Virus record (IMG/VR): IMGVR_UViG_3300030399_000027
Direction: 5' to 3' (one strand)
DNA from: a virus
DNA length: 47,825 nucleotides
Made by a program: the position numbers and the translations under genes
Notes under the pieces: generated by a model
Database searches by the model: none
Told to the model about the DNA's origin: nothing
What the model saw: the letters and a program-made list of their open reading frames with translations, nothing else
Shown here: piece after piece, positions 1 through 7,450 of the stretch
How the letters are laid out: the number at the start of each line of letters is the position of its first letter
How positions within the stretch are numbered: position 1 is the stretch's first letter

Positions 1-127
1 GTCGCGCTCCTGGCGTGTGAGCGGTGCCGGTGCATCGTATTCGTAGTCATCAAACATTTTGCCCTGCTCCTAGCGCCTTATCGGCGCGTGCGAGTAACGT
101 TGCGTGTGCATCGGGATTGCCTAGCAA
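1..127. repeat. Terminal direct duplication (copy 1): identical to 47699-47825. Indicates circular-assembly overlap or terminal redundancy; unique genome length 47698 bp
   Basis: Base-by-base comparison of both window ends: 127/127 identical. Confidence 0.95.
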
Positions 128-406
128 ATCCGGCCCCCACGAACGGAGAGCCCTAACGATTGCGTGGAATTCCTTCGCACTGGCTAGCGCTCTTTTCTGA
201 TGCTCTTTCGCTGCCGACAGCTTGCGCGGGGCCTTTGGTGGCAACGCTTCGAGCGCGGCGGCTAACTCTTCGCTGCCTCTTGAATCTAGCGCATTACGGT
301 AGTATTCGCGAGCGTGCCTAGCCGGATCAACGCCCGGTAAATGCAGCGCCTTGTAGAGCGCTACTAGCTGATCCTTCGTGAGTGCTGACAGATTCTGCCG
401 GTTCAT
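50..406 (-). CDS. hypothetical protein, 118 aa (MNRQNLSALTKDQL...)
   Basis: Track ORF 50..535 trimmed to ATG 406, which overlaps the stop of the upstream 52-aa ORF (ATGA). No domain recognised. Confidence 0.6.
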   Translation of the reverse strand: MNRQNLSALTKDQLVALYKALHLPGVDPARHAREYYRNALDSRGSEELAAALEALPPKAPRKLSAAKEHQKRALASAKEFHAIVRALRSWGPDLLGNPDAHATLLARADKALGAGQNV

Positions 407-561
407 GCGTATGCTCGGCTCATGTTTTCGATCTTGTAATCGACTATGACGTGTGCGCCCACAAGGGCATCGCCCGCTTCGTCGGCTTCGTTCTCTGTCT
501 GGTAGCTGCCGCTCACTGCGAACGGTTGGCCCCACGTGAATTTAACGCTGAGTTGCCACAT
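403..561 (-). CDS. hypothetical small protein, 52 aa (MWQLSVKFTWGQPF...)
   Basis: Hand translation has no internal stop. AAGGAG lies 9 nt upstream of ATG 561. First ORF after promoter 595-624. Below the track size cut-off. Confidence 0.5.
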   Translation of the reverse strand: MWQLSVKFTWGQPFAVSGSYQTENEADEAGDALVGAHVIVDYKIENMSRAYA

Positions 562-594
562 GATTCTTTGCTCCTTTGGTTGGTGACTACGTAT

Positions 595-624
595 ATACTA
601 CCGTTACGATAGTTTAACAGTCAA
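595..624 (-). promoter_or_regulatory. Early sigma70-like promoter with embedded palindromic operator
   Basis: - strand reads TTGACT-gttaaactatcgtaacgg-TAGTAT (18-nt spacer). TACTACC 596-602, N5, GATAGTT 608-614. About 35 nt upstream of ATG 561. Confidence 0.6.
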
Positions 625-672
625 CACAAATTTAACTGTTCTTCCGAGCGAGGAAACCATGAGGGCGAAACT

Positions 673-1080
673 TTGGACGTTGATACATGCACTGATGCAG
701 GTAGCTGGCTATTCGATGACGGGAACGCCACCATTCGGCCACCCCTTGCACCTGACGACAACACCAATCGTCCATCGGTGAATGGTTTCAAGTTTGGGGA
801 TTGCTTCGTGGAGATTGACGGCAAGCGGTTCCGGCTCTATTCCGTGGCGCGCTCGCATGACCCGCAAGCGTTGATTGAGCGGGAATACGAGCCGGTGACT
901 TTCCCGACTGGATGGTCGGGCACGTTCGCTATCAGTTCGGATGGCAATGAACGCCTGAGTGAGTGGCTAGACAAGATAACGAAGGAAGCGCTTCGAACGG
1001 TTGTCGGACCCGCTCCTGATCGCCCGCGCAATCGTCGTGCGCAATGGTTGCAAAACCCTTTGGAGAGATTCGCCCGATGA
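673..1080 (+). CDS. hypothetical protein, 135 aa
   Basis: Track ORF. TTG start with GAGGG 7 nt upstream. First gene of a rightward overlapping operon. A competing 39-aa ATG-659 ORF in another frame is not excluded. Confidence 0.5.
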   Translation: MDVDTCTDAGSWLFDDGNATIRPPLAPDDNTNRPSVNGFKFGDCFVEIDGKRFRLYSVARSHDPQALIEREYEPVTFPTGWSGTFAISSDGNERLSEWLDKITKEALRTVVGPAPDRPRNRRAQWLQNPLERFAR

Positions 1081-1415
1081 CCCCTTCCGAAGTCGCGCGC
1101 ATCGCGCACGAGCTTGAGCGCGTGCATAACCCGCGTGCTGTGCGTTGGGAAGACCAAAGCCCGATGTATCGCAAGACGGCTACGCAATCGGCTGAGTTGA
1201 TCCTAGCGGGCCGGTTCGACATCAAGGCGCTGTTCGGGGAGCGGGCAGAGTTGCATGCGCTGTTTGCCGCGTGCATGCCGCCAGTCTGGAATGACGACGA
1301 GCCGAACGGCGAGCCTGACCGGAAGCCTGGATACAAGGAAAAGGAATTGCAGAGAGCGAACCCGGCGTTGCGCGAGTTGATGCAGCCGGGACCGTGCGAG
1401 ACGATTACTGTTTGA
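1077..1415 (+). CDS. hypothetical protein, 112 aa (MTPSEVARIAHEL...)
   Basis: Track ORF 1044..1415 trimmed to ATG 1077, which overlaps the previous stop (ATGA). Confidence 0.6.
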   Translation: MTPSEVARIAHELERVHNPRAVRWEDQSPMYRKTATQSAELILAGRFDIKALFGERAELHALFAACMPPVWNDDEPNGEPDRKPGYKEKELQRANPALRELMQPGPCETITV

Positions 1416-1465
1416 CCCGCCGTTGATACGGCCAATGCTTAAAGCGCCGATGCGCGAGGATCACC

Positions 1466-2152
1466 ATGCAACCACAATCACCCGTTCTCATGCTGGCGAG
1501 CGCCTTTGCTCATGCGGCGCACGGCGCAATCGGTCAACAGCGAAAGTACAACGGCGGCGACTACATTTCGCATCCGTGGCGCGTGGCTGGCATCGTGCAA
1601 AACGCTGGCGGATCCGATGATATGGTCGCGGCGGCATGGTTGCATGACGTGGTTGAAGACACGAAGATTGACCGGGGCATGATCGCGTATTTCTTTGGCG
1701 ATACCGTTGCCGACCTCGTAGTCGAGTGCTCGCACATTGACCGCACTGGCGATCCTCGCAAGCTGAACCGCTTCGAGCGGACGGCTATCGAGTTGGCCCG
1801 CGCTGCCGACATTTCGCCGGAAGCGAAGACCATCAAGCTTGCGGACCTGATCGACAACACGTCTAACATTTGCGCGTTCGATCCCGCGTTCGCCAAGGTG
1901 TACATGCCTGAAAAGCGCCGGTTGCTGATGGTGCTCAAGGGCGGTCACGAGGGATTGTGGGCTACGGCGAACAACCAGGTGGAAGCGTATTTTGCGGCGC
2001 CCGCTGCTACTGCCGAGCAAGCGCCGGTTGAGTCGCCTGCTGCCAACGAGCCGGAAGAGCCAGTAAAGCGCAAGCGTCGATTCATCCTGTTCCCGCCAAA
2101 CTTGATCGACCAAAAGCGCGCTGACCGTGTGGCGCGGGAGAAGGGGCGATGA
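1466..2152 (+). CDS. HD-domain (p)ppGpp/(p)ppApp pyrophosphohydrolase-like protein (SpoT/RelA hydrolase domain, small alarmone hydrolase type)
   Basis: HAAHGAIGQQRKYNGGDYISHPWRVAGI...AAAWLHDVVEDT matches the H..GQ.RK..G.PYI.HP..VA...LHD..EDT signature. GAGGA SD upstream. Confidence 0.75.
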   Translation: MQPQSPVLMLASAFAHAAHGAIGQQRKYNGGDYISHPWRVAGIVQNAGGSDDMVAAAWLHDVVEDTKIDRGMIAYFFGDTVADLVVECSHIDRTGDPRKLNRFERTAIELARAADISPEAKTIKLADLIDNTSNICAFDPAFAKVYMPEKRRLLMVLKGGHEGLWATANNQVEAYFAAPAATAEQAPVESPAANEPEEPVKRKRRFILFPPNLIDQKRADRVAREKGR

Positions 2153-2805
2153 GCTACACATACCGGTTGATGCTTCCGCCTGGTGAGCGAGAATTCAGCG
2201 AATTCATGATGTACGCCATAGGGCGTCGGGTCAGCGAATATCGCGTGATCGGTAATTCGGCGTTCATCACGTTGGACATATCTGCCCCGGAAACAGCCAA
2301 GCCAATTCCCGCTGTTCCCGAAAAGGCATCGAGCACTACGCCGTGGGCATCGCCTGATTTCGCTGCTGCCATGCGCCGAGGCTTGAGCGCTGCCGCCGAA
2401 TTCGAGCGCGTGCACGGCATGACGCCTTCTGAATATCGGGACCGGGAGAGTGCATTGCGTCGCACTGATCGCGATGCGTGGCAAAGGCAATATGCCGGAA
2501 AGTTCTCGCCCGATGTCCTAGCGAGCTTGATTCGGACAAAGACGTTGACGCCGATCCTCACTGATCGCGAGTTCTCCGCCAAGAAGGCTTGCGCGCCCGG
2601 TGGCGCGTTCGATCACGCTACGGTGGTACTTGGACGCTCAATCAGCATCGGCGAACGCTTGGAGCGCTTGGAAGCTGCCGTACTGGCGATTGCATCTAAC
2701 GACCCAGGCGGCCCGATCAAGTCGATACGCGATTTCCTGTCGTACAAGGTAAGCGAATCGCTGCGCAAGGCGCTGGTTCACTTCCCTGCGGAGAAGCGGC
2801 CATGA
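2149..2805 (+). CDS. hypothetical protein, 218 aa
   Basis: Track ORF. ATGA overlap with the HD gene. No domain recognised. Confidence 0.65.
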   Translation: MSYTYRLMLPPGEREFSEFMMYAIGRRVSEYRVIGNSAFITLDISAPETAKPIPAVPEKASSTTPWASPDFAAAMRRGLSAAAEFERVHGMTPSEYRDRESALRRTDRDAWQRQYAGKFSPDVLASLIRTKTLTPILTDREFSAKKACAPGGAFDHATVVLGRSISIGERLERLEAAVLAIASNDPGGPIKSIRDFLSYKVSESLRKALVHFPAEKRP

Positions 2806-2897
2806 GCATCATCGACGCGTGGCTCTGCTTTGTGTTTATACCGTTCGCGGCGGGGGTGTTGACGGCGTTTATCTGCTGGTCAACGCTTCGGCCTTAA
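2802..2897 (+). CDS. small hydrophobic peptide, 31 aa (MSIIDAWLCFVFIPFAAGVLTAFICWSTLRP)
   Basis: Hand translation. ATGA overlap with the previous gene. Single predicted TM segment. Confidence 0.4.
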   Translation: MSIIDAWLCFVFIPFAAGVLTAFICWSTLRP

Positions 2898-2906
2898 CGA
2901 TTTACA

Positions 2907-2957
2907 GGGCGCACAGAGATAGGCCGGGATACAGACCGGAGCGCCCTTCTTTACTTG
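2907..2957 (+). terminator. Possible intrinsic terminator closing the rightward accessory operon
   Basis: GGGCGC...CCGGgatacagaCCGG...GCGCCC compound stem followed by TTCTTTACTT. Confidence 0.35.
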
Positions 2958-3263
2958 AGTGCCCTTACGAGGAATGCCACTCGGACAGTAATGGTTCCCT
3001 TTAGCCGATGCGATCTAGGGTTAGCGACCTGGGCAGAAATGCAGCAAATAGGGGATTTACCGAGCAGTACGGCGTCACGTAGCAGATTGACAGTGCAGGG
3101 GCCGGGGCGCATTGCGCCGAACGGCATCCAACGTAAGGACATTCAAAGATCACGCGGGAAGACTGAGCACCAAGCGGTGAGGAAGCACTACGGACGATAG
3201 CACTGCCGCCCCTATACACCGGGCCGCGTGCGAAGCGTTGCGCTGGACTGGCGACATATCAGC

Positions 3264-3294
3264 CGAAAAAGATAGCCCTTTTGTATGCAGGGCT
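3264..3294 (-). terminator. Intrinsic terminator for leftward transcription
   Basis: - strand reads AGCCCTgcatacaaaAGGGCT followed by atcTTTTT. Confidence 0.55.
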
Positions 3295-3511
3295 GACGCT
3301 GATTAGCCTAGAGTCAAGTGAAAAATATGTGTGCCCGCGTTCAGTTTTCCCGCTCCCCATCCCTAAATTGCCCCATACCGCGCATGTGCGCGCGAGGAAC
3401 AGTCATGCGCCATTTGGCTGTTCCCTACGAGTCGTTCGGCCCGCGTTGCTGGTGGTGCGCTAGCCTACTGAACGGGCGAGCGCAATGCTGTGACCCGCGC
3501 AAGGTCGGGCG

Positions 3512-3676
3512 TTAGACGAAAGCCGGGTGATTGGCGTTATCCTCCTTCCGTGCTATCCAGATACCTTTGTCGTCGTGAAAGTCGCCCGCTGCATCGAACG
3601 TGCCGCTGAAAGCAGCGCCAAAGAAATATTCGCCCGACCAGCCGCGAACGCAAAGGTGCATCAGATATTTGTTCAT
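3512..3676 (-). CDS. hypothetical small protein, 54 aa (MNKYLMHLCVRGWSGEYFFG...)
   Basis: Hand translation has no internal stops. AGGAG 6 nt upstream of the ATG. Confidence 0.5.
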   Translation of the reverse strand: MNKYLMHLCVRGWSGEYFFGAAFSGTFDAAGDFHDDKGIWIARKEDNANHPAFV

Positions 3677-3715
3677 TCCAAGCTCCTGGGTTAGCCCCTC
3701 GCGGGGCCGGGTTGG

Positions 3716-3931
3716 TTAGGCGACAGGAACGATTTCAGCGCTGCGCATGAAGTCGCAAGCGTAGCAGTTCATCTTTTGATACCGCTCGGCCATGAACGGC
3801 TTCATCATGGCTTCGAACGCATCGCAGGCTTCCGAGCGACCGTTTGCAATCGGGCCAACGTGCTTGATTCCGAACCGCTTGTCGATTGCGACTACCCGGA
3901 ATTGCTCTACTTTCTTCAGTGACTTAACCAT
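3716..3931 (-). CDS. hypothetical protein, 71 aa
   Basis: Track ORF in a leftward operon. Confidence 0.55.
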   Translation of the reverse strand: MVKSLKKVEQFRVVAIDKRFGIKHVGPIANGRSEACDAFEAMMKPFMAERYQKMNCYACDFMRSAEIVPVA

Positions 3932-3957
3932 TTCGTTCCCCTTCGTGTGGTGAGTGG

Positions 3958-4131
3958 TTAGGCGCGACGCACGCCGACGACTTGGCCGACAACGCCCAGG
4001 CTCAACCAGTATTCGACAACGCTGTCACGGGCCGCTTCAGCGCTAACCGCGTGCATGTGGCAATCCATCGTGCCCTGTTCTGCTTGCGTGTGGCCGTCAA
4101 CGGTTTGCATGGTGATGATGAAGTGGGTCAT
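3958..4131 (-). CDS. hypothetical small protein, 57 aa (MTHFIITMQTVDGHTQ...)
   Basis: Hand translation. First ORF after promoter 4165-4192. Confidence 0.45.
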   Translation of the reverse strand: MTHFIITMQTVDGHTQAEQGTMDCHMHAVSAEAARDSVVEYWLSLGVVGQVVGVRRA

Positions 4132-4164
4132 TTTCGGCTCGCTCTGTTCGGTTGGTATGAGCGA

Positions 4165-4192
4165 ATACTACCATAACGGTATGAACAGTCAA
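4165..4192 (-). promoter_or_regulatory. Early sigma70-like promoter with embedded palindromic operator
   Basis: - strand reads TTGACT-N16-TAGTAT. TACTACC 4166-4172, N5, GGTATGA 4178-4184. The flanking AACAGT...ACTGTT element is shared with the 595-650 locus. Confidence 0.6.
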
Positions 4193-4228
4193 CAAGTATT
4201 TTAACTGTTGTGATTAAGGGTGATCTCT

Positions 4229-4447
4229 ATGACGCGTTTAGGTTGGCTTACCGTTCGGCTCCTGCAAACGATCCTGTTCTTTCTCCTGCTGACTGTCGTT
4301 ATCCCTGTCGGCGTGTCATGGTGGACGTGGTTCGCGATCTACCTGTTTTGGTCGGCTCGCAGTCTTACAGCGTTCATGCAGGGCGAATGGCACGCTCGGA
4401 ATTGTCGTAAGTGCCATCGCACCAGGCGCGTGTGGAGCAAAATCTGA
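4229..4447 (+). CDS. small membrane protein, 72 aa
   Basis: Track ORF 4220..4447 trimmed to ATG 4229. Hydrophobic LLQTILFFLLLTVVIPVGVSWWTWFAIYLFW. Confidence 0.55.
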   Translation: MTRLGWLTVRLLQTILFFLLLTVVIPVGVSWWTWFAIYLFWSARSLTAFMQGEWHARNCRKCHRTRRVWSKI

Positions 4448-4590
4448 TGCTGCGCTACCTACTCAACGCATACGAGCGCTGGCTACTTGAGCGCGCACAA
4501 AAGAAAACGGCCGAACGAATCGGCCAAAGGGTCTTACGGGATTCTGATCACGACCATCTGTTCGACTACCACTGGCGACCGTACGCCTAG
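4447..4590 (+). CDS. hypothetical small protein, 47 aa (MLRYLLNAYERWLLERAQKK...)
   Basis: Hand translation. TGATG overlap with the previous gene. Confidence 0.4.
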   Translation: MLRYLLNAYERWLLERAQKKTAERIGQRVLRDSDHDHLFDYHWRPYA

Positions 4591-4724
4591 TGGATGCCGT
4601 AGATAGCCACGCCAACCAGCAGGAATATGACGAACGCCCCGACAATCACGCCAAGGATTTTGAATCCATACGCGTCACGCTGGCGGCGCATATCGATGAT
4701 GTCTACTTTTACTCGTCTCGTCAT
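4587..4724 (-). CDS. single-pass membrane peptide, 45 aa (MTRRVKVDIIDMRRQRDAYGFKILGVIVGAFVIFLLVGVAIYGIH)
   Basis: Track ORF 4587..4961 trimmed to ATG 4724 with an AGGGG SD. C-terminal TM. Confidence 0.5.
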   Translation of the reverse strand: MTRRVKVDIIDMRRQRDAYGFKILGVIVGAFVIFLLVGVAIYGIH

Positions 4725-4762
4725 GGTGTACCCCTGGTTGATGTCCGCACAGTCTGCGCGGG

Positions 4763-4840
4763 CTATCTCGCTAAGTAAAGGGCTAGCGCTGGCCCGAACG
4801 CGATTGCGAACAGGACGCCGCCCAACAGAAAGTCTTTCAT
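4763..4840 (-). CDS. micro-ORF, 25-aa hydrophobic peptide (MKDFLLGGVLFAIAFGPALALYLAR)
   Basis: Hand translation. Starts 2 nt after the upstream stop. Confidence 0.35.
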   Translation of the reverse strand: MKDFLLGGVLFAIAFGPALALYLAR

Positions 4841-4842
4841 GG

Positions 4843-5019
4843 TCATTCCTCAAGCATTGAATACTGCTGAACCCGGGGCAAATTCGGCGGACGGGGCTTG
4901 TACCAGGGCGGGCGCGGCAAATCAGGGATAACCTGCGCTCCTGCCTTGATAGCTGCCTCACGTTCCTCGAATCGCTCGTACACGGGCTTCCCGGTCACTC
5001 CACCTAATGAGCGAGCCAT
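4843..5019 (-). CDS. hypothetical small protein, 58 aa (MARSLGGVTGKPVYERFEE...)
   Basis: Track ORF 4843..5082 trimmed to ATG 5019, coupled (TGATG) to the upstream micro-ORF. Confidence 0.45.
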   Translation of the reverse strand: MARSLGGVTGKPVYERFEEREAAIKAGAQVIPDLPRPPWYKPRPPNLPRVQQYSMLEE

Positions 5020-5111
5020 CAGCGAGCACGGAAACGCTGTGCGACCGCTACGCACGCCACGAACAGGCCAAACGCCAGCCACGTGACCACGGGGAAGTAG
5101 ATCGATGTCAT
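5019..5111 (-). CDS. micro-ORF, 30-aa TM peptide (MTSIYFPVVTWLAFGLFVACVAVAQRFRAR)
   Basis: Hand translation. ATGA overlap upstream and TGATG overlap downstream. Confidence 0.4.
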   Translation of the reverse strand: MTSIYFPVVTWLAFGLFVACVAVAQRFRAR

Positions 5112-5185
5112 TTCGAAGCCCGATGCGTGAACCACCACGCGAGTCCAGCGAACGCTAACCAAACCATCCACGTTGCGTTATCCAT
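5108..5185 (-). CDS. micro-ORF, 25-aa peptide (MDNATWMVWLAFAGLAWWFTHRASK)
   Basis: Hand translation. GGAG 5 nt upstream. ATGGATAA overlap with the upstream stop. TACTACC box 15 nt upstream. Confidence 0.35.
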   Translation of the reverse strand: MDNATWMVWLAFAGLAWWFTHRASK

Positions 5186-5363
5186 GATTACTCCAATTTC
5201 GGTAGTAGTTAAGGGCGTGCGTGATCTGCTCGATGACATCGCGTAGCCCTGCTAGATGCTTGTCGCGGAAACCTGACTGCGGAATGTGCGCCAGGACATT
5301 GCCTCGCTCGATACGCGCTGCATTGAGGCAAACGCCCAACGCGTATATGAGTTCAGCTTCCAC
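5178..5363 (-). CDS. hypothetical protein, 61 aa
   Basis: Track ORF. GTG start overlapping the stop of the upstream micro-ORF. Confidence 0.5.
   Translation of the reverse strand: MEAELIYALGVCLNAARIERGNVLAHIPQSGFRDKHLAGLRDVIEQITHALNYYRNWSNHG
5201..5207 (-). promoter_or_regulatory. Orientation-locked TACTACC box (gene-sense), 15 nt upstream of ATG 5185
   Basis: - strand reads TACTACC-gaaat-TGGAGTA-atc-ATG. Lies in the 3' end of the preceding ORF. Confidence 0.35.
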
Positions 5364-5439
5364 GATTCGCGCTCAGTGCTGCGATGACGGGCGCAACAAG
5401 TATGAAAAACGAGACTGCGAACTGATATGCGGTGCTCAT
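5353..5439 (-). CDS. micro-ORF, 28-aa TM peptide (MSTAYQFAVSFFILVAPVIAALSANRGS)
   Basis: Hand translation. First ORF after promoter 5474-5503. Confidence 0.4.
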   Translation of the reverse strand: MSTAYQFAVSFFILVAPVIAALSANRGS

Positions 5440-5473
5440 GATCGTTTCCTTTCGCTTCGCTAGTTGATGTCTC

Positions 5474-5503
5474 ATACTACCGAAACGATAGCAAATGCGC
5501 AAA
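5474..5503 (-). promoter_or_regulatory. Early promoter with embedded palindromic operator
   Basis: - strand reads TTTGCG-N18-TAGTAT. TACTACC 5475-5481, N5, GATAGCA 5487-5493. Confidence 0.5.
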
Positions 5504-5511
5504 CACTTATT

Positions 5512-5901
5512 TCAAGGTTTGTTGCTCGCCGTCCACTTTTGCCAGCGCTCGTAGCTCTGCGAACGTTGCGCCTTGGTCATCAGCGATATGCCGAGCATTT
5601 CGAAATCGATGCGCGGCGTACTGAGCCACGTAGCGCGGGTAGCTCGCTCTTTCCAGGCTAGCCACGCACCGTTGACGATCTTTGCTGACGCTTTGACCAA
5701 TTGCGGAATGCCAGCCCGCCACGCGTCGAATTCCTCGCGCTCGGCCTGCTCGTTCTGCTCGGCCGTGTGATCGTCGTCTAGCCAGATGTCGGAATACCCG
5801 GCATATCGCAGCGTGGCGAGCGTACGGGCCGCGTCGATGTCCTGGGCGAACACGTGCGCGATGGACACGGGAAGGCGCACGCAATAGCGGTTGAGGTTCA
5901 T
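5512..5901 (-). CDS. hypothetical protein, 129 aa
   Basis: Track ORF. 4-nt overlap with the upstream gene. Confidence 0.65.
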   Translation of the reverse strand: MNLNRYCVRLPVSIAHVFAQDIDAARTLATLRYAGYSDIWLDDDHTAEQNEQAEREEFDAWRAGIPQLVKASAKIVNGAWLAWKERATRATWLSTPRIDFEMLGISLMTKAQRSQSYERWQKWTASNKP

Positions 5902-6554
5902 TTGCTGGCCCCTATCGCATCGCTTGGCGCATCTGCGGGGCCTTTGAACGAGCGTAGACGTAGCTCGACCTCGCCATAGCGGACGTACGTGCCGTTGCGA
6001 TGCTCGACCATGCCAACGCCGGTCTGGTACGAATAGCGCGCAATTGGCAAGCCGTCTTCATCAGGTCCGAGAATGTTTGCCGGTCGCGCATCTGCGCCCT
6101 GCGTGGGGGCGGGGTGACATGCATCGCATTCGTGAAGATGTTTGCGCGTTGCGTCGCTGGTATGCCAAGGGTCAGGCGTTTCGGCACCGCAAGAATCACA
6201 CTTCAATTCATCGTGTTCTGCATCGCCTGGGGTAGCGAGAAACAACTTAACGCCTTCGCTAACCTTCAATTCCGGGTGTGCTGCTGCGAATTCCTCCGTA
6301 TAGCCGATGGCATTCAGCACGGCTACTAAGGTGTCCATTGCGTCCTGCGCCTCGGTCTTTAGTCGCCCGATCATCGCGTCCAGCATTCTGGTTTGGTCGC
6401 GCAGCAGTGCATTTTCTGCCGTCAGACCAGCCGGGTCACACATCGTTTCCAAGTCATGCACGCGGGAGTCATAGTCAGATGCAAGAACAAACTCGCGCAT
6501 TTGGTCCATGCCGTCGATGTTTGCATCCAGCGTGAATCGCTTAATTTCGCTCAT
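5898..6554 (-). CDS. hypothetical protein, 218 aa
   Basis: Track ORF. Overlapping operon arrangement. Confidence 0.7.
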   Translation of the reverse strand: MSEIKRFTLDANIDGMDQMREFVLASDYDSRVHDLETMCDPAGLTAENALLRDQTRMLDAMIGRLKTEAQDAMDTLVAVLNAIGYTEEFAAAHPELKVSEGVKLFLATPGDAEHDELKCDSCGAETPDPWHTSDATRKHLHECDACHPAPTQGADARPANILGPDEDGLPIARYSYQTGVGMVEHRNGTYVRYGEVELRLRSFKGPADAPSDAIGASK

Positions 6555-6988
6555 GATTTATCTCCGTCCGTAGACGCTGCAAGGAGGGCGTAGAAGTCGG
6601 TAAGCGTGCTGCGTGCGAGCCGATACCCTTCACGTACTCCAGATGTGTATATCGGATGCAGGCCCTGTCCGCGGTCGTTTCCCACGCGGTCAAGCCACGC
6701 CTCAACTACGGCATCGGTTAGTGCTTCACGGGCATCTGCTACAGGCACGTTCGCTTCGGGACTGGCAGGGGCGGCGAATCTAGACCAGCAGGATTTGCAG
6801 CGCAGAGCATCCACATGCGCATCACGCGTCTCAGCGATATTTCCGCAAGCGCAGTGCAGTGCAGTCGGCGCGCTTCCAGTGGTCGGAGCGGTGGATTCGA
6901 GCGAACTAGGATTGAGCGGGCATGAGAAGCCCTTGCAATACGCCCCTTCCGGTAGTTTCTTTTCGCACTTCGAGCATTTGACTGCCAT
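6551..6988 (-). CDS. hypothetical Cys-rich (zinc-ribbon-like) protein, 145 aa
   Basis: Track ORF. CSKC...C..FSC N-terminus. GGAGG SD. First gene after promoter 7014-7043. Confidence 0.65.
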   Translation of the reverse strand: MAVKCSKCEKKLPEGAYCKGFSCPLNPSSLESTAPTTGSAPTALHCACGNIAETRDAHVDALRCKSCWSRFAAPASPEANVPVADAREALTDAVVEAWLDRVGNDRGQGLHPIYTSGVREGYRLARSTLTDFYALLAASTDGDKS

Positions 6989-7013
6989 TTGGCCTCCTGT
7001 TGTGATTACGCCA

Positions 7014-7043
7014 ACACTACCTTCTCGATAGTATTTGCGTCAA
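7014..7043 (-). promoter_or_regulatory. Early sigma70-like promoter with embedded palindromic operator
   Basis: - strand reads TTGACG-N18-TAGTGT. CACTACC 7015-7021, N5, GATAGTA 7027-7033. Confidence 0.55.
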
Positions 7044-7060
7044 TGGTTATTTGATGGGGA

Positions 7061-7450
7061 TTATGCAAAGCTCCATTCGTGCGGGTTGCTGAACCTCCCC
7101 GCCATGATGTCTAGCGCATAGTTAGCTCGGCGCAATGTCTGCTCGGCGTGCCCTATTTGCGCTTGCTTGCGGCGAATGAATGACTCTTTTGCTAGAACGA
7201 TGTCGGGATAGGCAAATCGCTTACCGCCGTGCTTGCGATCTGGCGCAAGAACGAAGCGGCGCATCCCATAATGATCAATCCAGAATCCGCGAGGCGTCCG
7301 CTTGGTGATGGCGAACTTGCGTAACTCAACTTCGAGGCCCGTTGCGTACTCGTCGCCGGTTGCGAAGTCATCGAACCGGAACAGAAACTCGCTTGCACCT
7401 GTTACGCCGTAGCCCGACGATAGAAGCGCTGGCTTGCTGAATGTGTTCAT
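7061..7450 (-). CDS. hypothetical protein, 129 aa
   Basis: Track ORF. Confidence 0.6.
   Translation of the reverse strand: MNTFSKPALLSSGYGVTGASEFLFRFDDFATGDEYATGLEVELRKFAITKRTPRGFWIDHYGMRRFVLAPDRKHGGKRFAYPDIVLAKESFIRRKQAQIGHAEQTLRRANYALDIMAGRFSNPHEWSFA

Noticed and set aside
659-778. 39-aa ATG-initiated ORF overlapping the 5' end of ORF 673-1080 in another frame.
   Set aside because: The longer TTG-initiated frame continues for 135 codons and is coupled (ATGA) to the next gene. The short ORF has no downstream coupling. The choice is not fully resolved.
1478-2161. 227-aa - strand ORF (and 1561-1938) opposite the HD-domain gene.
   Set aside because: It is antisense to a gene with a clear catalytic signature and has shadow-ORF composition.
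2955-3515. Short ORFs 2955-3200, 3001-3219, 3281-3463 and 3318-3515 in the convergent gap.
   Set aside because: They mutually overlap in different frames, use non-ATG starts or lack an SD, and have odd composition. One is crossed by the leftward terminator at 3264-3294.
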